This document shows positions 41,734 to 50,415 of a DNA stretch of 64,000 nucleotides, in pieces. Position numbers and translations under genes: made by a program. Location: assembly GCA_900617105.1 (NCBI GenBank), contig UYFQ01000001.1, positions 4,464,001 through 4,528,000 of the forward strand, given 5' to 3'. The notes under the pieces are model-generated. The model was not told where the DNA came from and ran no database searches. It saw only the letters and a program-made list of their open reading frames with translations. Source of the DNA: Hydrurus foetidus. Taxonomy: Eukaryota. The stretch's first letter is position 1. Each line of letters starts with the position of its first letter.

Positions 41734-43260
41734 ATGAATTACCTCTCCACCCGTGGCGACCCAGCTGCCGCGTACACCCCACGTAAATTCTGCGACATCT
41801 TGCTCGAGGGCTTGGCTCCTGATGGCGGCCTGTATTTGCCAGAGCACTATCCGCAAGTCACGCCCGCCATGCTCGATGCTTGGCGCAATTTGCCCTACGC
41901 CGACTTGGCGTTTGAAGTGCTATCGCTTTATATCGACGACATTCCGGCGGCTGATTTGAAAGCCATTTGCCGCAAGACTTATACGCAGGACGTGTTTGGC
42001 ACGGCCGCAATAGTGCCGCTGCGCCCGCTTGAAGAGGGTTTGTATTTGCAAGCCTTGTCCAACGGGCCCACCCTGGCTTTTAAAGACATGGCGATGCAGT
42101 TGCTGGGCAATTTATTTGAATACGAATTGGCGCGGCGTGGCGAAGAGCTCAACATTTTGGGCGCCACCAGCGGCGACACCGGCAGCGCGGCTGAATACGC
42201 CATGCGCGGCAAGCGCGGGGTGCGCGTGTTCATGACGTCGCCGGACGGGCGGATGAGCCCGTTTCAGCAGGCACAAATGTTTAGCTTGCAAGACGAAAAC
42301 ATTCACAACATCGCCATCAAAGGGGTGTTCGACGATTGCCAGGACATTGTCAAGGCGGTGTCGAATGACCTTGAGTTTAAGCGGCGGTACAAAATTGGCA
42401 CGGTGAACTCGATCAACTGGGCGCGTCTAATGGCGCAGGTTGTATATTATTTTGCTGGCTATTTACAGGCGACCAGCGCTGGGGTCAGCCCCTCACCCCA
42501 GCCCTCTCCCCAAAGGGGCGAGGGAGCAGTTCCTGAATTACTCCCTCTCCCGCTGGGAGAGGGTGGGGGTGAGGGCTCTGCGGTTTTAAAAGTCAGCTTT
42601 ACTGTTCCTTCCGGCAACTTCGGCAACGTTTGCGCGGGCCATGTTGCTCGCATGATGGGCCTACCTATTGCGCACCTGGTCGTGGCTACGAATGAAAACG
42701 ATGTGCTTGACGAGTTTTTTCGCACGGGCATCTACCGTGTCAGGACAAGCACCGACACACACGAAACCTCTAGCCCGTCGATGGATATTTCCAAAGCGTC
42801 TAACTTTGAGCGCTTTGTATTCGACCTGCTTGGCCGTGATGGCGCGCAAACCAAGGCGCTGTTTTATGACCAGCTGAACGCCACAGGCAGTTTTGATTTA
42901 AGCGGCAACGCAGCTTTTAAGTCAGCAGCCAAAACCTACGGTTTTCTAAGCGGTAAAAGCACGCACGCCAACCGCTTGGCTACCATTCAAAACGTGCACG
43001 CGCAGTTCAATGACATCATCGACACGCACACCGCCGACGGCGTGAAAGTAGCGCGCGAGCACATGCAAGCGGGCGTGCCAATGGTGGTGCTGGAAACCGC
43101 GCTGCCGATTAAATTTGCTGAAACCATTGAAGAAGCGCTGGGCAAACTGCCGCCTCGCCCGCCGCAGTTCAACGGAATTGAGGCGCTGCCCAAGCGCGTC
43201 AAACTAATGCCACCTGATGTGGCTCAAATCAAGTCATATATCGTTCAAAATGTGCATTAA
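41734..43260 (+). CDS. thrC: Threonine synthase (with in-frame REP-derived insertion)
   Basis: YLSTRG, GLAPDGGL, GPTLAFKD, ATSGDTG, NSINWAR, VPSGNFGN. Confidence 0.96.
   Translation: MNYLSTRGDPAAAYTPRKFCDILLEGLAPDGGLYLPEHYPQVTPAMLDAWRNLPYADLAFEVLSLYIDDIPAADLKAICRKTYTQDVFGTAAIVPLRPLEEGLYLQALSNGPTLAFKDMAMQLLGNLFEYELARRGEELNILGATSGDTGSAAEYAMRGKRGVRVFMTSPDGRMSPFQQAQMFSLQDENIHNIAIKGVFDDCQDIVKAVSNDLEFKRRYKIGTVNSINWARLMAQVVYYFAGYLQATSAGVSPSPQPSPQRGEGAVPELLPLPLGEGGGEGSAVLKVSFTVPSGNFGNVCAGHVARMMGLPIAHLVVATNENDVLDEFFRTGIYRVRTSTDTHETSSPSMDISKASNFERFVFDLLGRDGAQTKALFYDQLNATGSFDLSGNAAFKSAAKTYGFLSGKSTHANRLATIQNVHAQFNDIIDTHTADGVKVAREHMQAGVPMVVLETALPIKFAETIEEALGKLPPRPPQFNGIEALPKRVKLMPPDVAQIKSYIVQNVH
42487..42577. 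repeat. REP-like inverted doublet inside thrC
   Basis: agcccctcaccccagccctctccccaaaggggcgaggga...tccctctcccgctgggagagggtgggggtgagggct. Confidence 0.9.
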
Positions 43261-43264
43261 ATCA

Positions 43265-43312
43265 GCCTTTAGCCCAATAAATGTGGGCGCGGGCAGCTCC
43301 TTAATCCATAGC
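43265..43312 (-). repeat. Dispersed ~48-bp motif, copy 9
   Basis: revcomp gctatggattaaggagc-tgcccgcgccc-acatttatt-gggctaaaggc. Confidence 0.8.
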
Positions 43313-43338
43313 GTTTTTCGTTCTTTGAAAGTGCTCTC

Positions 43339-43881
43339 ATGAACGTGGTCGGATTCGCCGGGTATTCTGGCGCGGGCAAAACAACGCTGGTCGAGCAATT
43401 GATTGCGGTGCTTAAAAGCCGTGGCCAAAGGGTGTCTGTGGTCAAGCATGCGCATCACAAATTCGACATTGACCATCCGGGCAAAGACACTTTTCGCCAC
43501 CGCGCAGCGGGTGCTTTTGAAGTGGTGGTGGCGTCCAGCAACCGACTGGCCTTGATGCGTGAGTTTGAGCAACCAACCGAGCTTACTGTTCATCAACTAA
43601 TTGCCGAGCTGTATGAGGAAGTGGACTGGGTGCTGGTAGAAGGTTTTAAAGAAAGCGATATCTTGAAGATTGAAGTGTGGCGGGCGCCCGCTGATTCAAG
43701 CGACGCTAACCCCGTTCGTTACATGGACGACGATTTCATCGTCGCCATTGCCACCGATGCGCCGCAGCTGTTGCCCCACGCCACCCAGCGGCCAATACTC
43801 GACATCAACAACGCTGAACTGGTGGCTGACTATTTATTGGCTAACCACGAGCGGTTTGCGTATTCATTTGACATGCACTGA
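43339..43881 (+). CDS. mobB: Molybdopterin-guanine dinucleotide biosynthesis protein B
   Basis: GYSGAGKTT, KHAHHKFDID.PGKD, VLVEGFK. Confidence 0.95.
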   Translation: MNVVGFAGYSGAGKTTLVEQLIAVLKSRGQRVSVVKHAHHKFDIDHPGKDTFRHRAAGAFEVVVASSNRLALMREFEQPTELTVHQLIAELYEEVDWVLVEGFKESDILKIEVWRAPADSSDANPVRYMDDDFIVAIATDAPQLLPHATQRPILDINNAELVADYLLANHERFAYSFDMH

Positions 43882-43890
43882 GGTGACGCA

Positions 43891-45132
43891 ATGACCGCTC
43901 CAGCAACCAGCGCCTCGTTTAAACCACTCAAGCCATTAGCCGAAGCACTGGCTGAGCTGCTGGCCCATGCCGCGCCGTTCGACCAGGTCGAATCCGTCAG
44001 TACGTTCGATGCCGATGGCCGCGTGCTGGCGCGCGATTTGGTTGCCGAATTGAACGTGCCAGTGCATGACAACAGCGCCATGGACGGCTACGCGGTGCTC
44101 AGCAGCGACTGGCAAAGCAGCGCAACCCCATTTGCCGTCAACCAGCGCGTGGCTGCGGGCAGCGTTGGCCAAGCGCTGGGGGCGATGAGCGCCGCTCGTA
44201 TTTTTACCGGCGCCCCTATTCCCGAAGGCGCTGATGCCGTTGTGATGCAAGAAGACTGCGTGGTCGATGGAACCGCGTTGCGGCTCCCTAGCTCGCCCAA
44301 GTCGGGCCAGTGCATTCGCAGGCAAGGCGAAGACGTTCGACTGGGTTCAGCCGTGCTATGTAAAGGGGAGCGCCTTGCGCCCGCATCAATTGGCTTGGCG
44401 GCAAGTATTGGCTTTGCGCAATTGCCCGTAGCGCCGCGTGTGCGGGTGGCCTTATTTTCAACCGGTGACGAACTGGTCATGCCCGGTGACGTGGCCCCTG
44501 GCGACATGAAGCCCGGCGCTATTTACAACTCTAACCGCTTCTTTCTGCGCGCTTTATTGCAGCGCTTGGGCTGCGTGGTCACAGACATGGGCATCGTGCC
44601 TGACAAGTTAGATGCCACCATCGCCGCGCTTGATGCAGCCAGTGTGGGGCACGACTTGGTTCTAACCAGCGGCGGAGTATCAGTCGGTGAAGAAGACCAT
44701 ATCAAGCCGGCAGTACAGGCACTGGGTGAGTTAACGCTGTGGCAAATCGCAATCAAGCCCGGCAAGCCTTTTGCATATGGCAAGCTCAAAACGGCGCATT
44801 TCATTGGGCTGCCTGGCAACCCGGTGTCCAGCTTTGTTACCTTTGTTTTATTGGTGCGGCCGTTTATTTTGAAGCTGCAGGGCGCAACCCAGCTTGCTCC
44901 TCAATCAATAGCTGCTCGCGCCCATTTTGATTGGCCTAAAGCCGATAAAAGGCGAGAATTTCTGCGAGTCAAGCACAATTTGGCGGGTGGTTTGGACTTG
45001 TTCAACAACCAAAGCTCGGGCGTGCTCACGTCTACTGTTTGGGGGGATGGCTTGGTGGACCACCCGGCCGGCCAGACCATTGCCCATGGCGACCATGTGC
45101 AGTTCATTTCATTTTCTGCACTGATGTCTTGA
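43891..45132 (+). CDS. moeA: Molybdopterin molybdotransferase
   Basis: SAMDGYA, IFTGAP, STGDEL, SGGVSVG, GLPGNP. Confidence 0.96.
   Translation: MTAPATSASFKPLKPLAEALAELLAHAAPFDQVESVSTFDADGRVLARDLVAELNVPVHDNSAMDGYAVLSSDWQSSATPFAVNQRVAAGSVGQALGAMSAARIFTGAPIPEGADAVVMQEDCVVDGTALRLPSSPKSGQCIRRQGEDVRLGSAVLCKGERLAPASIGLAASIGFAQLPVAPRVRVALFSTGDELVMPGDVAPGDMKPGAIYNSNRFFLRALLQRLGCVVTDMGIVPDKLDATIAALDAASVGHDLVLTSGGVSVGEEDHIKPAVQALGELTLWQIAIKPGKPFAYGKLKTAHFIGLPGNPVSSFVTFVLLVRPFILKLQGATQLAPQSIAARAHFDWPKADKRREFLRVKHNLAGGLDLFNNQSSGVLTSTVWGDGLVDHPAGQTIAHGDHVQFISFSALMS
44896..44943 (+). repeat. Dispersed ~48-bp motif, copy 10 (inside moeA CDS)
   Basis: gctcctcaatcaatagc-tgctcgcgccc-attttgatt-ggcctaaagcc. 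Confidence 0.75.
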
Positions 45133-45151
45133 GGTTTTGAAGGATAAGCCC

Positions 45152-45400
45152 ATGCTGGTCAATATCAAGTACTTTGCATCGGTTCGCGAAGCCATTGGAA
45201 TGGCCGGCGAAGCGCGCCAAACCAGCAGCGTGAGCCTGGCCGACCTGCGCGACGAGCTGATTACGTCAAGCCCAGCGTACGAGTGCCTGGGCCGCAGCCG
45301 CGTCGTGCGCATGGCGCTGAACCATGTCATGAGCGACGAATCGTCTGAGCTAACGCCGGGCTGCGAAGTGGCGTTTTTCCCACCCGTCACGGGCGGGTAG
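45152..45400 (+). CDS. moaD: Molybdopterin synthase sulfur carrier subunit
   Basis: YFASVRE, EVAFFPPVTGG. Confidence 0.93.
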   Translation: MLVNIKYFASVREAIGMAGEARQTSSVSLADLRDELITSSPAYECLGRSRVVRMALNHVMSDESSELTPGCEVAFFPPVTGG

Positions 45401-45405
45401 TAGCT

Positions 45406-45876
45406 ATGGCACGTGTCGCCATTCAGCCGCAAGACTTCAATCTGGCCGACGAGATTGCGCAGCTTCGGCGCGGCGACAAACGTGTGGGCGCGGTCTGCAG
45501 CTTTGTGGGAACGGTGCGCGACAAAAATGACGGTTCAAACGTCAGCAGCATGGAGCTGGAACACTACCCCGGCATGACGGAAAAAGCCATCGAAGCCATG
45601 ATTGATGAGGCCGTCAAGCGTTTTGATATTTTTGCTGCGCGCGTGGTGCACCGTGTCGGCCTGTTGCACCCGCTCGATCAGGTGGTAATGGTGGCGGTGA
45701 CTTCAAGCCACAGAGGCGAGAGCTTCAAGGCATGTGAATTTTTAATGGACTACCTTAAAACCCAAGCGCCTTTCTGGAAAAAAGAAGTGACGCCAGCCGG
45801 CGCGCGCTGGGTAGACGCCCGGGCCCATGACGATGCCGCGTTGGCCAAGTGGGGCGTTCGGGTCAGTAACGTCTAG
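45406..45876 (+). CDS. moaE: Molybdopterin synthase catalytic subunit
   Basis: FVGTVR, LEHYPGM, MDYLKTQAPFWKKE. Confidence 0.96.
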   Translation: MARVAIQPQDFNLADEIAQLRRGDKRVGAVCSFVGTVRDKNDGSNVSSMELEHYPGMTEKAIEAMIDEAVKRFDIFAARVVHRVGLLHPLDQVVMVAVTSSHRGESFKACEFLMDYLKTQAPFWKKEVTPAGARWVDARAHDDAALAKWGVRVSNV

Positions 45877-45959
45877 AAACCTGCTGCGATATGCCTGCCT
45901 TGGCGTGCGGCGCATTGGCAGAAGCTTGATCTGGCGCAATAAGCCGCCTGTCTTTCACG

Positions 45960-45986
45960 CTTGAAAATCAGCCAGCCACCCCGAAC
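45960..45986 (+). promoter_or_regulatory. Possible sigma32 promoter of clpB
   Basis: CTTGAAA -35 match followed by CCCC-gaac, a weak -10. Confidence 0.4.
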
Positions 45987-46064
45987 TGACTCGATACGAC
46001 CGTTAGCAAGCTGTTCGCGGCTTTCATCACATTGCAAAAGCTTCAAAGCTAAAAGGCTCATTTC

Positions 46065-48683
46065 ATGCGGCAAGACAAACTCACCACCAAGTTTCAAGAA
46101 GCGTTAAGCGACGCGCAGTCGCTGGCCCTGGCCAACGACAACGGCTATATCGAGCCTGTGCATTTGCTGCTGGCCATGCTCAAGCAAGAAGACGGCCCGC
46201 GCGCGCTGCTTGAAAAAGCCGGCGTCAATGCCGCTGGCCTCGAAATATCGGCGCAAGCAGCTATTAAAAAACTAGCGCAGGTGAGTGGGCAAGACCAGAT
46301 TGCTGTGTCGTCCGACTTGGCCAAACTGCTGCAAGCTACTGAAAAAGAAGCCATCAAACGCAGCGACCCGTTCATTGCAGGCGAGCTGTATTTGCTTGCC
46401 GTAGCCGACAGCAAAGCCGACATCGGCAAAATCGCGCGTGAAAACGGCCTGACCCGCAAGTCGCTTGAAGCGGCGATCAACACCGTGCGCGGCGGTGAAA
46501 AAATGGACACCGCTGAAGGCGAGGGCAACCGCGAAGCACTCAAAAAATACTGCATGGACCTGACCGAGCGCGCCCGCATGGGCAAGCTCGACCCCGTTAT
46601 TGGCCGCGACGATGAAATTCGCCGTGCCATCCAAGTATTGCAGCGCCGCACCAAAAACAACCCGGTGTTAATTGGCGAGCCAGGTGTAGGTAAAACCGCT
46701 ATCGTCGAGGGCCTGGCCCAGCGCATCGTGGCGGGCGAAGTACCCGATTCGCTCAAAAATAAACGGGTGTTGAGCCTGGACATGGCCGCGCTACTGGCGG
46801 GTGCCAAGTTCAGGGGTGAGTTTGAAGAACGCCTTAAAACCGTGCTGAAAGAACTCGCGCAAGACGAAGGCCAAACCATCGTTTTTATTGACGAGCTGCA
46901 CACCATGGTGGGCGCAGGCAAGGCCGAAGGCGCGATGGACGCAGGCAACATGTTGAAACCGGCATTAGCCCGAGGTGAATTGCACTGCGTGGGCGCCACC
47001 ACGCTGGACGAATACCGCAAATACATTGAAAAAGACGCCGCACTTGAGCGCCGCTTTCAAAAGATTTTGGTAGGCGAGCCAAGCGTGGAGGCCACCATTG
47101 CCATCCTGCGCGGGTTGAAAGAAAAGTATGAGTTGCACCACGGAGTACAAATTACTGACCCGGCGATTGTGGCGGCAGCTGAACTGTCACACCGCTACAT
47201 CACTGACCGCTTTTTGCCCGACAAAGCCATTGACTTGATCGACGAAGCGGCCAGCAAAATCAGCATTGAGCGCGACAGCAAACCCGAGGTGATGGATAAA
47301 TTAGACCGCCGACTGATTCAGCTACAAATCGAACGCGAAGCCGTGCGCCGCGAGAAAGACGAAGCCTCACAAAAACGCTTCGGTTTGATTGAAGACGAAA
47401 TCACCAAACTGCAAAAAGAAATTTCTGACCTCGACGAAATCTGGCAAGCCGAAAAAGCGCAAGCCCTCGGCAGCAAAGATGTGATGGAAGAAATCGACCG
47501 CATCAAATTCCAGATTGAAGAACAAACCCGCAAGGGCGACTTCAACAAGGTGGCCGAGCTGCAATACGGCAAGCTGCCTGACCTGGAAAAGCGCCTGAAA
47601 GCTGCACAAGACAGCGAAGCTGCGCCTAGCGTGAATGGCGAAAAGGCCGCGCCCAAACTGCTGCGCACTCAGGTTGGCGCTGAAGAAATCGCTGAAGTTG
47701 TGGCGCGTTCTACCGGCATTCCGGTCAGCAAACTGATGCAGGGCGAGCGCGACAAGCTGCTGCTGATGGAAGCCAAGTTGCATGACCGTGTGGTGGGTCA
47801 AAACGAAGCGATTGGTGCGGTGGCAAACGCCATTCGCCGATCACGCTCGGGTTTGTCTGACCCGAACCGCCCCACCGGTTCGTTTCTCTTCCTCGGCCCC
47901 ACAGGCGTTGGCAAAACAGAACTCTGCAAAGCCCTCGCTGGCTTTTTGTTCGACAGTGAAGACCATCTGATTCGTGTCGACATGAGCGAGTTTATGGAAA
48001 AACACAGCGTGGCCCGCCTGATTGGTGCGCCACCCGGCTATGTGGGTTATGAAGAAGGCGGGTATCTAACGGAAGCCGTGCGCCGCAAGCCGTACAGCGT
48101 GTTGCTGCTGGATGAAGTTGAAAAAGCGCACCCCGATGTCTTTAACGTGCTGCTGCAAGTACTCGACGATGGGCGCCTCACTGACGGGCAAGGCCGCACG
48201 GTGGACTTTAAAAACACCGTGATCGTGATGACCAGCAATATTGGCTCGCCCATTATTCAAAGTATGGTCGGAAAACCGTACGACGAGATTAAGGACGCGG
48301 TGACTGACGAGCTGAAAAATTACTTCAGGCCAGAATTTTTAAACCGCATCGACGAGACGGTGGTGTTCCACGCCCTGGATGCGAAAAACATCGAGTCGAT
48401 CGCGCGTATCCAACTGAAGGTGCTGATGGCTAGGCTCGAGAATATGGAGCTGACGATGCACGTATCAGAAGCCGCCGTTGCCGAGCTGGCCAAAGTTGGG
48501 TTTGATCCGGTCTTCGGTGCCAGACCACTCAAGCGCGCGATTCAGCAGCGCATTGAAAACCCGCTTTCCAAGCTGTTGCTGGAAGGGCGCTTTCCACCCA
48601 AGAGCATCATTCCAGTGGATGTGGATCCGATTCAAAACCCCGGCGTGTTCAGCTTTGGCAAACTCGATAGGTTGCCAGCGTAA
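46065..48683 (+). CDS. clpB: ATP-dependent chaperone ClpB
   Basis: Two AAA+ modules ([16 protein letters not shown]), coiled-coil M domain, GARPLKR. Confidence 0.97.
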   Translation: MRQDKLTTKFQEALSDAQSLALANDNGYIEPVHLLLAMLKQEDGPRALLEKAGVNAAGLEISAQAAIKKLAQVSGQDQIAVSSDLAKLLQATEKEAIKRSDPFIAGELYLLAVADSKADIGKIARENGLTRKSLEAAINTVRGGEKMDTAEGEGNREALKKYCMDLTERARMGKLDPVIGRDDEIRRAIQVLQRRTKNNPVLIGEPGVGKTAIVEGLAQRIVAGEVPDSLKNKRVLSLDMAALLAGAKFRGEFEERLKTVLKELAQDEGQTIVFIDELHTMVGAGKAEGAMDAGNMLKPALARGELHCVGATTLDEYRKYIEKDAALERRFQKILVGEPSVEATIAILRGLKEKYELHHGVQITDPAIVAAAELSHRYITDRFLPDKAIDLIDEAASKISIERDSKPEVMDKLDRRLIQLQIEREAVRREKDEASQKRFGLIEDEITKLQKEISDLDEIWQAEKAQALGSKDVMEEIDRIKFQIEEQTRKGDFNKVAELQYGKLPDLEKRLKAAQDSEAAPSVNGEKAAPKLLRTQVGAEEIAEVVARSTGIPVSKLMQGERDKLLLMEAKLHDRVVGQNEAIGAVANAIRRSRSGLSDPNRPTGSFLFLGPTGVGKTELCKALAGFLFDSEDHLIRVDMSEFMEKHSVARLIGAPPGYVGYEEGGYLTEAVRRKPYSVLLLDEVEKAHPDVFNVLLQVLDDGRLTDGQGRTVDFKNTVIVMTSNIGSPIIQSMVGKPYDEIKDAVTDELKNYFRPEFLNRIDETVVFHALDAKNIESIARIQLKVLMARLENMELTMHVSEAAVAELAKVGFDPVFGARPLKRAIQQRIENPLSKLLLEGRFPPKSIIPVDVDPIQNPGVFSFGKLDRLPA
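46230..46276 (-). repeat. Dispersed ~48-bp motif, copy 11 (inside clpB CDS)
   Basis: revcomp gctagttttttaatagc-tgcttgcgccg-atatttcga-ggccagcggc. Confidence 0.65.
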
Positions 48684-48690
48684 CAATATT

Positions 48691-48738
48691 GCTATTAATT
48701 AAGGAGCTGCTCGCGCCCAATTTTATTGAGATAAAGGC
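48691..48738 (+). repeat. Dispersed ~48-bp motif, copy 12
   Basis: gctattaattaaggagc-tgctcgcgccc-aattttatt-gagataaaggc. Confidence 0.8.
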
Positions 48739-48748
48739 CTATTTGCCA

Positions 48749-49775
48749 CGCAGATTCAAGTACAAAGCGCAACAAATACAAGTGTAATTGGCCGCATTTT
48801 CAAACTGTAGAAGACCTCATGCTGGCTGACCTTCAGGAAGTTGGTTTTCTTGGGAAAGTATTGGCGCAACAGGCCATTGTGGTTCTCATTGAGCCCACGC
48901 TCCCAAGAGCAGTACGGGTGAGCAAAGTACACCCTGGCGCTCAGGCATTGAGCCATGAAGGCATGTTCTGCAAACTCCTTGCCGTTGTCAAAGGTCATCA
49001 GCGTGCGGCACTGCCTCCTGTGAGGCCGCAGCAGCGTGATCACGGCCTCGGTGACCTGCGCGCTATTGCGTGAGCTGACCTGGCGGGCCAGCGTGTAACG
49101 ACTCTTGCGCTCGACCAACGTGACCAACGCGCCCTGGTGATTCTTGCCAATGACCGTGTCCCCCTCCCAGTCGCCGATACGGCTGCGTTTATCGACCACC
49201 GCAGGGCGCTGTTCAATGCCGATGCGCTGGGCCAGCGTCCCGCGGCGCTGCTGACCACTGGCGTAGCGTTTGCGCCTGACTTTCTGGCAGCGTAGGTAGC
49301 TCACTAGATCGCCGCCTTGGGCTTTGTCGCGGTAGGCACGCTGGTAAATGGACTCCGTGCTGATGCGCATGGCTTTTTCTAGCCGGAGTCGGCCACTTAC
49401 TTGTTGGGGCGACAAAGACAAGCGCAGCAAGCCCTCTGCGTGAGCCCATTGGTCGGTGCTGAAGTGCAAGGCGTTACGTATGTTGCTCTGGCGGGCAAGG
49501 GCTGTATCGTGAGCGCGTGCGGGCTTGTAGCCAGTCGCTGCACTGTTGCGTTTGAGTTCGCGGCTGATCGTTGATCGGTTGCGGCCCAGCTCTGCGGCAA
49601 TGCAGCCAAGGCTGACGCCTTGGCGTTTGAGGCTGTGAATTTGGTATCGTTCTTCTCGGGTCAAGTGTTTGTAAGTCATGGCGCTTCGTTGAGACTGGCT
49701 GGTCACAAAGAGCCCATCCTATTGACTCTTGGCCCACCCTATTTCTGAACGTTGCACTTCGTACTTGAATCCGCC
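48749..49775 (-). mobile_element. IS30 family insertion sequence, probably internally deleted
   Basis: IRs CGCAGATTCAAGTACAAAGCGCAAC / GGCGGATTCAAGTACGAAGTGCAAC flank an IS30 transposase. Confidence 0.88.
48756..49679 (-). CDS. IS30 family transposase (lacks the LN.RPRK.LG segment)
   Basis: YKHLTREER, STISRELKRN, GDWEGD, DNGKEF, WERGLNENHNGLLRQYFPK. Confidence 0.85.
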   Translation of the reverse strand: MTYKHLTREERYQIHSLKRQGVSLGCIAAELGRNRSTISRELKRNSAATGYKPARAHDTALARQSNIRNALHFSTDQWAHAEGLLRLSLSPQQVSGRLRLEKAMRISTESIYQRAYRDKAQGGDLVSYLRCQKVRRKRYASGQQRRGTLAQRIGIEQRPAVVDKRSRIGDWEGDTVIGKNHQGALVTLVERKSRYTLARQVSSRNSAQVTEAVITLLRPHRRQCRTLMTFDNGKEFAEHAFMAQCLSARVYFAHPYCSWERGLNENHNGLLRQYFPKKTNFLKVSQHEVFYSLKMRPITLVFVALCT

Positions 49776-49849
49776 ATGCTAAAAATCAGCTAAAAACAGC
49801 TTATTCAGGCTCCCAAGCGCGCGGGGGTCAAAACCACCCCAACGCCCGA

Positions 49850-50055
49850 TCATTGCCAAACTACTCGCGCCTTCGCGGTAGCCCACTTGTCAACTTGCGG
49901 GCCAACCGCCGCTTCAATTTGGTAGCGCTTAATCGTTATTACGGGCGTTAAAAATCCGCTGTCCGTTGACAAAGGCGTGCTCACCACCACGACCATTGTG
50001 AGCTGTTCGCGGCAAGCCATTTTGCTGTTGATGGGTTGCAGAACCGCAGCCATTT
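49850..50055 (-). pseudogene. Degenerate copy of the acyl-CoA synthetase 3' end
   Basis: EQLTMVVV..GFLTP..IKRYQIEAAVGPQVDKWATAKARVVWQ vs EQLKMIVV..GFLTP..IKRNRIEAAVDPEVEKWFAAKGPVVWQ of the gene ending at 57269. Confidence 0.85.
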
Positions 50056-50269
50056 TTTCAAAAACGAAGCCAGAACTGATTCGCGCAAGTAGTTTTTCGT
50101 TTGCTTTTAAGTTTTTGCTATTAATCATGACAACTTTGTAATTTTTGGGCGCAGCGTTTGCAGTCACAATAATGGCTAGGGAGCTTGCAGCATCCAAATA
50201 ATTGATCTGACTACGTATTTAAGCAAGTTCATGCCAAATTACCTGTCAGTCTTAAAGGATTTAACTTCC

Positions 50270-50352
50270 TCTTTAATTATGGTGACCATCGCAGCATGCA
50301 GCGGGTACCAAGCGCCAGAAGAATCGCCTAGCTCAAACTGATGAAACCGTCA
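50270..50352 (+). pseudogene. Internally deleted remnant of the SASA esterase gene
   Basis: LIMVTIAACSGYQAPEESP (cf. VIMASVAACGGSKDSEEAP) joined directly to gctcaaactgatgaaacc (cf. gene end gctcaaactgatgaagcc, LKLMKP). Confidence 0.75.
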
Positions 50353-50415
50353 ATATTGATGGATAGTCAACTTATTGCTAACTGACTTTTACATTGCCCC
50401 AAAGAAAGATCACAC

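Noticed and set aside
49850..50197. 115-aa ORF as a real gene
   Set aside because: Only its C-terminal half resembles the acyl-CoA synthetase tail; the rest crosses the shared AT-rich block. Treated as a remnant.
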